A stretch of 39,461 nt of DNA from Actinomycetes bacterium. GTDB lineage: Bacteria > Actinomycetota > Actinomycetes > Propionibacteriales > Nocardioidaceae. Shown here piece by piece: positions 9,827-16,461 of the stretch. The stretch covers positions 1-39,461 of the forward strand of contig JAHEXN010000002.1 in NCBI GenBank assembly GCA_023252095.1, given 5' to 3'. Position numbers and translations under genes: made by a program. Positions within the stretch are counted from its first letter, which is position 1. Each line of letters starts with the position of its first letter. The notes below the pieces were generated by a model. It saw only the letters and a list, made by a program, of their open reading frames with translations. It was not told the origin of the DNA and did not search any database.

Positions 9827-10985
9827 TCGTGGCGTTGGCGAGTCCGCCGGCCTCGCACATGACCTGGAGGCCGTAGCGGCCGCCCGTCTGCTCGAGGTTG
9901 TTGAGCAGGGTGGTGGTCAGTCGGGCGCCGGAGCCGCCGAGCGGGTGACCGATCGCGATCGCTCCGCCATTGACGTTGACCTTGTCGAGCGACGCCCCCG
10001 TCTCGCGCTGCCAGGCGAGCACGACGGACGCGAACGCCTCGTTGACCTCGAACACGTCGATGTCGTCGATCGACAGTCCGGCCCGCTCGAGCACCTTCTG
10101 CGTCGCCGGGATGATGCCGGTCAGCATGTAGATCGGATCGTCGCCCGCGACGGCGAAGGCATGGACGCGGGCGCGGGGCGTGAGCCCGAGACGTCCGGCG
10201 GCGTCCTCGCTCGTGACCAGCAGCGCCGCCGAGCCGTCGTTGACCGGTGAGCTGTTGCCGGCCGTGACTCGCCAGTCCAGCTCGGGGAACCGGCGCTCCC
10301 AGTGCTCGTCGCGGAACGCGAGCCGCAGACCCGCCAGCGTCTCGGGGGTCGTGTCGGGGCGGATCGTCTCGTCGGTACGGAGGTCGTTGACCCATGTGAC
10401 CTGGGAGTCGAAGGCGCCGTCCTTCCAGGCCCGGGCGGCCCGCTGGTGGGACTCTGCGGCGAACTCGTCGAGCTCGGCGCGCGACAGGTTCCACCGCTGG
10501 GCGATGAGCTCGGCGCTCACACCCTGCGGGACGAGCCCGTCGGCGTAGCGCGCGGCGACGGCGGGTCCGGTGAAGTCCTTGCCCTGGAACTGCGAGCCGA
10601 TCGGGATGCGGCTCATCGACTCGACGCCGGAGGCGATCGCGACGTCGTACGCGCCGGCCATGACTCCTTGGGCGGCGAAGTGCAGCGCCTGCTGGCTCGA
10701 GCCGCACTGGCGGTCGACCGTGACGCCGGGAACGGACTCGGGGAAGCCGGCCGCGAGCAGGGCCCAGCGGGCCGTGTTGCCGGACTGCTCGCCGATCTGG
10801 CCGACCGCGCCGCTGATCACGTCGTTGACGACGGCGGGGTCGATGCCGGTGCGCTCGACGAGGGCCGCGAGGGACGCGGCGTGGAGGTCGACGGGGTGGA
10901 TCTCGGAGTACGCCCCGCCCGGCTTGCCCTTGGCGAGAGGAGTGCGGACGGCGTCGACGATGACGGCGAAGCGGGTGGTGCCCAT
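9810..10985 (-). CDS. thiolase (acetyl-CoA C-acyltransferase)
   Basis: DAVRTP, VDRQCGSSQQ, EVNEAFA, NGGAIAIGHPLGGSG, MCEAGG. Confidence 0.92.
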   Translation of the reverse strand: MGTTRFAVIVDAVRTPLAKGKPGGAYSEIHPVDLHAASLAALVERTGIDPAVVNDVISGAVGQIGEQSGNTARWALLAAGFPESVPGVTVDRQCGSSQQALHFAAQGVMAGAYDVAIASGVESMSRIPIGSQFQGKDFTGPAVAARYADGLVPQGVSAELIAQRWNLSRAELDEFAAESHQRAARAWKDGAFDSQVTWVNDLRTDETIRPDTTPETLAGLRLAFRDEHWERRFPELDWRVTAGNSSPVNDGSAALLVTSEDAAGRLGLTPRARVHAFAVAGDDPIYMLTGIIPATQKVLERAGLSIDDIDVFEVNEAFASVVLAWQRETGASLDKVNVNGGAIAIGHPLGGSGARLTTTLLNNLEQTGGRYGLQVMCEAGGLANATIIERI

Positions 10986-11015
10986 GGTGGTCCTTCTTCC
11001 GGGAGGGGTCCACAC

Positions 11016-11073
11016 CTGACTGTGGTGGACCATAGTCAGAGCGTAACCCCTGACTTCTGACAACCCAAGTCAG
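11016..11073. promoter_or_regulatory. two CTGACT-N12-AGTCAG palindromes, putative HxlR-family operators
   Basis: 11016-11039 and 11050-11073, identical spacing, between the divergent thiolase and HxlR genes. Confidence 0.7.
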
Positions 11074-11087
11074 GGTAGGGTCGGGTC

Positions 11088-11633
11088 ATGAGCGACGCCC
11101 AGCCCGAGCCGACCCTCGACCGCCCCGCCGTCCTGGAGCGGAAGGGGGCCTTCGCCGACCGCGATGCGTGGATCGCCTCGGGGTGGTGCCGTCTCGAGTC
11201 CGCGTTGGAGGTCGTCGGCACCCGGTCGGCGATGGTGCTGGTCCGTGAGGTGTTCTACGGTGCGACCCGTTTCGACGAGCTCGTGCGGCGCACGGGTCTG
11301 AGCGAGGCCGTGGCCTCGGGCCGCCTGAAGGACCTGGTCGGTCACGGACTCCTGGAGCGTCGTCCCTACCGCGAGCCAGGGGCGCGCACCCGGGACGAGT
11401 ACGTGCTGACCGACCTCGGCTCCCGCTTGTTCCCGGTCGTGGTGGGCCTCATGGCCTGGGGCGAGGACCTGCGCGACGACCACCACTCGGGGGTGCAGCT
11501 GGTCCACCGCGACTGTGGCGCGGCACTGGAGGCGACGGTCCGCTGCACGGCGGGGCACGACGTCCCTCTCGACGAGGGCGCCGTGCGCCTCAAGGACGAG
11601 GACTGGGCCCGGGGCGCGGTGCGCCGGGCCTGA
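11088..11633 (+). CDS. HxlR family winged-helix regulator
   Basis: C.LESALEVVG.R...LVRE.FYG.TRFDEL, EYVLT..G..LFPV, C-terminal H.DCG..C..GH. Confidence 0.88.
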   Translation: MSDAQPEPTLDRPAVLERKGAFADRDAWIASGWCRLESALEVVGTRSAMVLVREVFYGATRFDELVRRTGLSEAVASGRLKDLVGHGLLERRPYREPGARTRDEYVLTDLGSRLFPVVVGLMAWGEDLRDDHHSGVQLVHRDCGAALEATVRCTAGHDVPLDEGAVRLKDEDWARGAVRRA

Positions 11634-11657
11634 TTGAGGGGCGATCCGCGCGGGTAC
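11634..11657 (+). promoter_or_regulatory. SigB/F-type promoter motif TTGA-N14-GGGTAC (leaderless, ATG at 11667)
   Basis: ttga ggggcgatccgcgc gggtac; ATG 10 nt after GGGTA. Confidence 0.65.
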
Positions 11658-11666
11658 TCCCGCAGC

Positions 11667-12098
11667 ATGACCACGATCAGCAGAACGTTCACCGTCGACC
11701 CCCAGCCCCACGTCGTGCTGGACTACCTGAAGGACTTCTCGAACGCCGAGGACTGGGACCCGGGCACCGAGACGTGCGTCCGCCTCGACGACGGCCCCGT
11801 CGTCGTCGGCAGCACGTGGAACAACACCTCGAAGATCGCCGGCGTCTCGACCGAGCTGGTCTACGAGCTGACCGAGCTGACCGATGCGAAGGTCGTGTTC
11901 CACGGCACGAACGAGACCGCCGACACGACCGACACGATCGAGGTCGTGGCGTCGGGCAGCGGCTCGGAGATCACGTACACGGCCGTCATCGAGATGAGCG
12001 GAGCCGCGAAGCTTGCGACCCCGCTCGTGAAGCTCGTGTTCGAGAAGATCGGCAGCGACACCGAGGACGACATGGTCACGGTCCTCAACCGTCTGTGA
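11667..12098 (+). CDS. SRPBCC family protein
   Basis: ISRTFTV...VLDYLKDFSNAEDWDPG. Confidence 0.82.
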   Translation: MTTISRTFTVDPQPHVVLDYLKDFSNAEDWDPGTETCVRLDDGPVVVGSTWNNTSKIAGVSTELVYELTELTDAKVVFHGTNETADTTDTIEVVASGSGSEITYTAVIEMSGAAKLATPLVKLVFEKIGSDTEDDMVTVLNRL

Positions 12099-12122
12099 CG
12101 TCTCGGCGGCCTGCGGACGAAC

Positions 12123-12158
12123 GAAGGCCCTGACCCGATGACTCGGGTCAGGGCCTTC
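12123..12158. terminator. bidirectional hairpin terminator
   Basis: GAAGGCCCTGACCCGA-tgac-TCGGGTCAGGGCCTTC, 16-bp perfect stem between convergent genes. Confidence 0.8.
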
Positions 12159-12180
12159 CCCGCATGCGTGATGCGGGGGT

Positions 12181-12345
12181 CTACGGGGCGCCGGAGCCGT
12201 CGGGTCGCGGCTCGGTCTGGGGCTCGGGCACGACGTCCGGATCCGCGGGGCCGGGGAGGCCGGGCTCGATCACGGGCTCGGCCCCGGGGATGCCCGGTTC
12301 CACGGGCTTGACCGGCTGGTCCGGGTCGGGTGGTGCGACGGTCAT
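12181..12345 (-). CDS. small Pro-rich acidic hypothetical protein, 54 aa (MTVAPPDPDQPVKPVEPG...)
   Basis: GGAAGGAG SD before ATG 12345; GGGTAC promoter upstream; terminator downstream. Confidence 0.7.
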   Translation of the reverse strand: MTVAPPDPDQPVKPVEPGIPGAEPVIEPGLPGPADPDVVPEPQTEPRPDGSGAP

Positions 12346-12375
12346 GTCGCTCCTTCCATCGGGTTCGGCGGGGGA

Positions 12376-12398
12376 GTACCCCGGTGCGGACGATCCAT
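12376..12398 (-). promoter_or_regulatory. SigB/F-type promoter motif ATGG-N13-GGGTAC
   Basis: Minus strand atgg atcgtccgcaccg gggtac, immediately downstream of the sigma factor gene. Confidence 0.68.
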
Positions 12399-12410
12399 GC
12401 GTCCGGACGC

Positions 12411-13175
12411 TCAGCTCGCCAGCTGGGTCATGCCCATGCCGTCGCGGATGCGCTCGATCACCGCGCTCAGGCGGCGGGAGACCTGCATCTGGGAGATCCC
12501 CAGCTCCCGGCCGATGTCGGCCTGGGTGCGCCCCTCGACGAATCGCATGCCGAGAAGGCGACGGTCCTGCGCGCTGAGGCGACGCACGCTGGGCCCGATG
12601 GCCTGCAGGTCCTCGGCGCGCTCGAGGTTGTGGTCGACCGCGCCGATCGTGTGGCCGAAGGGTGCGTTGTCGCCCGGCGCGGGCGCGTCGAGCGACCTTG
12701 GCGAGAACGCCCCCACGACCGAGTCGGCCTCGCGCAGGGACGCCTCGCTCTCGCCGATCCGCTCCGCGACCTCGGCGGCGGTGGCCTCGCGGGAGAGCTC
12801 GCTGCGCAGGTCCTCGCGGGCCACGTTGGCCGCGGCCTGCACCTCCTGCACATGGCGGCCGGGGCGGACCACCCACGCGCTGTCGCGGAAGTGCCGACGG
12901 AGCTCACCGAGGATCGTCGGCACGGCGTAGGCCGTGAAGGAGCGGCGGTCGGCGTCGAACCGGCGGACGGCCTTCAGCAGGCCCAGCCGCGCGACCTGCT
13001 CGAGGTCGTCCGAGGCGACACCGCGTCCGTTGTAGCGACGCGCGAGGCGCCGGGCGAGGGCGAGATTGTTCTCGAGGACCTCGTTCTGGAGGGCCTCGCG
13101 GCGCGGCGACAGCTCGTCGCGGGCCTGGGCGAGGAGCAGACGCGACTGCTCCTCGAGCGTGGTGGGAGTTGACAT
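12411..13175 (-). CDS. SigB/SigF/SigG-family RNA polymerase sigma factor
   Basis: DDLEQVARLGLLKAVRRFD, FTAYAVPTILGELRRHFRD, TQADIGRELGISQMQVSR. Confidence 0.92.
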   Translation of the reverse strand: MSTPTTLEEQSRLLLAQARDELSPRREALQNEVLENNLALARRLARRYNGRGVASDDLEQVARLGLLKAVRRFDADRRSFTAYAVPTILGELRRHFRDSAWVVRPGRHVQEVQAAANVAREDLRSELSREATAAEVAERIGESEASLREADSVVGAFSPRSLDAPAPGDNAPFGHTIGAVDHNLERAEDLQAIGPSVRRLSAQDRRLLGMRFVEGRTQADIGRELGISQMQVSRRLSAVIERIRDGMGMTQLAS

Positions 13176-13286
13176 GGCACGTTCCGTTCTCGAGGAAGGG
13201 GAACGGCTGGAGGCTCAACCGGTGAGGCGTGGACTTGTGCCTCCACGGAACCACGGCCAGGCAAACCCGGCAACGCGAGCAGCGCG

Positions 13287-15479
13287 CTACGACGTCAGGA
13301 CCACCAGCCGCTGGGTCGCGCGGGTCATCGCGACGTAACGGTCGACCGCGCCGGAGACGCCGGCGCCCAGGCCATCGGGGTCCACGAGCACGACCAGGTC
13401 GAACTCCAGGCCCTTCGCCAGGGACGGGGTCAGCGAGCGCACCCGGTCGGACTCCACGGGGAGCGGACACGGTTCGGCGCCGATGACGCACGCGACGCCG
13501 TCGTCGTCCGCCTCCAACCAGTGCGTCAGGACCGCGGCGAGGTCCGACGCCGGACGGTGCTCGACGGGGATCTTGGACACGCGGACCGAGGTCGGCACGT
13601 TGGCGTCCGGCACGGCGGCTCGAATGACGGGCTCCGCCTCCGCCATGACCTCCGCCGGAGTGCGGTAGTTGATCGTCAAGGAAGCGATTCGGGTGCGGTC
13701 CACCCCGACACGCGCGAGGCGCTCGTCCCACGACTCGGTGAATCCCTCGCGTGCCTGGGCGCGGTCGCCGACGATCGTGAGGCTCCGGGACGGGCACCGT
13801 GCGAGCACCATCTGCCACTCGGCGTCGGTCAGCTCCTGTGCCTCGTCGACCACGACGTGGGCGAACGGGCCAGCCAGGACGTCCGGGTCAACGGCCGTCA
13901 TGGCGCTCTCGTCCTCGAGCGAGACCTGCATGTCCTGGCCGCGCAGCGTCGACATGACCAGCATCTCGGAGTCGTCGTTCGCGATGAGCTCGTCCACCAC
14001 GAGATCCATCCGGGCCCGCTCCGCCGCCAGTGTCGTCTCCCGCTTGCGGCGTCGGCGTGAGGCATCAGGGTCGCCGAGTCGCCGGCGCGCCGCGTCGAGC
14101 AGCGGGAGGTCGGACGTCGTCCACGCGTCAGCGGCGTCACGCTGGAGCAGCCTCACCTGCTCCTCGGTCAGGGACGGGGCGCAGCGGCGCAGATAGGCGG
14201 GGACCGACCAGAGGTCGGCGACGAGGTCGACCGGGTCGACGATGGTCCAGGCACGGTCGAAAGCATCGACCAGCGCGCGGTTCCGCTCGAGAGCCCGTCG
14301 CAGCGCCGCGGTCGGCACCGGTTCGTCCTCGACGCCGTCCTCGTCGAATCCGCCCGTGTCGTGCAGGTCGGCGATGATCTCGACGAGGGCGTCCCAGACC
14401 TGGTCGCGCGCCTCGTTGTGCGGGGTGCCGGGATCGGCCGTCCCGAACGCCTCCGCCCAGTCGGCGGGACGCAGACGCACCGTGGCCCACGGCGTCTCGA
14501 CGTCGAGGGGTCGCGTCGGCGGGTCCTCGTAGAGCGCCACGGCCGGCTCGATCGCGCGGACCAGGTCGACGCTCGCCTTGAGGCGGGCCACCTCCGGGTC
14601 ACGTTCCGGGAGCGCGTCGCGACCTTCCGGCACGAGGTCGCGCACGGTGCACGTCCGCACCCCGTCCTCACCCAGGCTCGGGAGCACGTCGTCGACGTAG
14701 GCCAGGTACGGCTGGTGCGGCCCCACCACGAGCACGCCGCCGCGCCCGGGCCGCAAACGAGGGTCGGCGTGGAGGAGGTAGGCGGCGCGGTGCAGGGCCA
14801 CGACGGTCTTTCCGGTGCCGGGACCACCGTCGACGACGAGCGCGCCGGCGGCTCCCGCGCGGATGATCGCGTCCTGGTCGGCCTGCAACGTGCCGAGCAC
14901 GTCGCGCATCCGGTCGGACCGGCTCGCGCCGAGGCTCGCGATGAACGCCGACTGGTCGTCGAGCGCCGCACTGCTCGCGAAACCGTCGGACGAGAAGACC
15001 TCGTCCCAGTAGTCGGTGATGCGCCCCTGGGTCCACCGGAAGCGACGCCTGCTCGCGAGGCCCATCGGACGGCCGTGGGTCGCACCGAAGAACGGCTCGG
15101 CGGCGGGCGAGCGCCAGTCCACGAGCAGCCGCTCGCCGGAGCTGTCCGTGAGCCCCAGTCGACCGATGTACGTCGTCGTGCCGTCCTCGGCGACCATGCG
15201 GCCCAGGCAGAGGTCGAGACCGAAGCGGCGCAGTGTGCGCAACCGAGAGGTGAGCCGGTGCACCTCCTGGTCGCGCTCGACCGCGGCCGTCCCCTCGCGC
15301 GCCTCGAGCCGGCGGACCTCAGTGAGCTGGCTGGACAGCTCCTCGGCCTGCTCGGCGAGGCTCGTCGCGATGCGAGCGAGGTGCGTCTCGTCGGGGCTGA
15401 TCGACGACGGCTCGGCCTTGGCGGCGAGACGGTCGGGCAGCGCGAACGGACTCGCGACGGACGTCGGACGATGACTCAT
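13287..15479 (-). CDS. helR: RNA polymerase recycling ATPase HelR (HelD class, rifamycin protection)
   Basis: LRRFGLDLCLGRM, LLVDWRSPAAEPFFGATH, GGPGTGKT, VVDEAQELTDAEW, KGLEFD, YVAMTRAT; RAE upstream. Confidence 0.92.
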   Translation of the reverse strand: MSHRPTSVASPFALPDRLAAKAEPSSISPDETHLARIATSLAEQAEELSSQLTEVRRLEAREGTAAVERDQEVHRLTSRLRTLRRFGLDLCLGRMVAEDGTTTYIGRLGLTDSSGERLLVDWRSPAAEPFFGATHGRPMGLASRRRFRWTQGRITDYWDEVFSSDGFASSAALDDQSAFIASLGASRSDRMRDVLGTLQADQDAIIRAGAAGALVVDGGPGTGKTVVALHRAAYLLHADPRLRPGRGGVLVVGPHQPYLAYVDDVLPSLGEDGVRTCTVRDLVPEGRDALPERDPEVARLKASVDLVRAIEPAVALYEDPPTRPLDVETPWATVRLRPADWAEAFGTADPGTPHNEARDQVWDALVEIIADLHDTGGFDEDGVEDEPVPTAALRRALERNRALVDAFDRAWTIVDPVDLVADLWSVPAYLRRCAPSLTEEQVRLLQRDAADAWTTSDLPLLDAARRRLGDPDASRRRRKRETTLAAERARMDLVVDELIANDDSEMLVMSTLRGQDMQVSLEDESAMTAVDPDVLAGPFAHVVVDEAQELTDAEWQMVLARCPSRSLTIVGDRAQAREGFTESWDERLARVGVDRTRIASLTINYRTPAEVMAEAEPVIRAAVPDANVPTSVRVSKIPVEHRPASDLAAVLTHWLEADDDGVACVIGAEPCPLPVESDRVRSLTPSLAKGLEFDLVVLVDPDGLGAGVSGAVDRYVAMTRATQRLVVLTS

Positions 15480-15539
15480 CAAGAACCCCCTGGGAACGGC
15501 CGGGATCCCGGCGCGATCGGCCATTCTGGAGGGTCACCG

Positions 15540-15558
15540 GGGCCTTGCGGCAAGCCCC
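15540..15558 (-). promoter_or_regulatory. rifamycin-associated element (RAE), 19-bp inverted repeat
   Basis: Minus strand GGGGCTTGCCGCAAGGCCC about 60 nt upstream of helR; candidate -10 CAGAAT at 15528-15523. Confidence 0.88.
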
Positions 15559-15582
15559 CGTACGGGATATAACCTGAAGTAG

Positions 15583-15605
15583 AGGGAGCCGCGAGGCTCC
15601 CTTTT
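15583..15605 (+). terminator. intrinsic terminator-like hairpin directly beside the RAE
   Basis: AGGGAGCC-gcga-GGCTCCCT followed by a T run. Confidence 0.65.
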
Positions 15606-15697
15606 TCGTGCCCTCACCGCGCCGACGTGCGGGCTGAGCGTGGGCGGTTAGCGTCGAACGTGAAGCAATCGACGCACCCGATCCGGGAGGAGCACGC

Positions 15698-16252
15698 ATG
15701 AGCACGCTGCAGGGAAAGAAGATCGCCGTCCTCACGTCGCAGGAAGGCGTGGAGAAGGCCGAGCTGGAGTCGCCGATCGCCGCGATCCGTGACGCCGGCG
15801 GCACCGCGGTCCACCTCGCGCCCAAGCTCGAGCCCGTCCAGTCGATGGTCGGTGACACCGACAAGGACGCGACGTTCGAGCCCGACGCCACGGTGTCGGA
15901 CGTCGACGTCGCCGACTTCGATGCGCTCGTCATCCCTGGCGGCACCGTCAACGCCGACCACGTGCGCGGCGACGCCGCGTCGGTCGCGCTCGTGACGGCG
16001 TTCGTCGAGGCAAACAAGCCGGTCGCCGCGATCTGTCACGGTCCGTGGGCGCTCGTCGAGGCGGGCGTGCTGCCCGGCAAGACGCTCACGTCGTTCCCGA
16101 CCCTCAAGACCGACATCGTCAACGCCGGGGGCTCCTGGGTCGACGAGACCGTCTTCCACTGCCCGGGCAACGGGTGGGACCTCATCACGTCCCGGAACCC
16201 GGACGACCTGGAGGCGTTCAACGCCAAGATCGCCGAGGTCGTGGGCGGGTAG
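15698..16252 (+). CDS. pfpI: PfpI-type DJ-1/PfpI family protein (type 1 glutamine amidotransferase fold)
   Basis: GKKIAVL...GVE..EL..P, DALVIPGG..NAD, AICHGPW, ITSRNPDDLEAFN; GGAGGAG SD. Confidence 0.88.
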   Translation: MSTLQGKKIAVLTSQEGVEKAELESPIAAIRDAGGTAVHLAPKLEPVQSMVGDTDKDATFEPDATVSDVDVADFDALVIPGGTVNADHVRGDAASVALVTAFVEANKPVAAICHGPWALVEAGVLPGKTLTSFPTLKTDIVNAGGSWVDETVFHCPGNGWDLITSRNPDDLEAFNAKIAEVVGG

Positions 16253-16272
16253 CCTCCGCCGCCGGCGTTGGA

Positions 16273-16452
16273 GGTACCCCTTTCGAGGCTCCTCGTTCCT
16301 CGTCGCACCTCAAGGGGCGGGGCTCCGCCCGCCCCCGGTGGTTGAGGTGTGAGTGCCGCCTGCGGCGCGAGCCTCGAAACCTCGGTCACGATGTCGGTTT
16401 CGGTACCCCTTTCGAGGCTCGTTCGTTCCTCACTCGCACCTCAAGGGGCGGG
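16273..16452. repeat. cluster of three REP-like elements (core TTTCGAGGCTC...CGCACCTCAA) in +/-/+ orientation
   Basis: Copies at about 16273-16321, 16339-16382 (inverted) and 16402-16452; related copies at 34890 and 35212. Confidence 0.8.
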
Positions 16453-16461
16453 ATAGCGCCC

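Noticed and set aside
11073-11090. GGGTAG before hxlR (and GGGTAT at 5864) as further SigB/F promoters
   Set aside because: No DTGR element at the 13-14 nt spacing; hxlR is better explained by a TAGGGT housekeeping -10
13225-13270. GTTT-like element upstream of the sigma gene as an autoregulatory promoter
   Set aside because: No GGGTA -10 at a matching distance; too weak to call
16273-16452. Repeats as a possible mini CRISPR array
   Set aside because: Copies are degenerate and in mixed orientation, there are no regular spacers, and no cas genes are present
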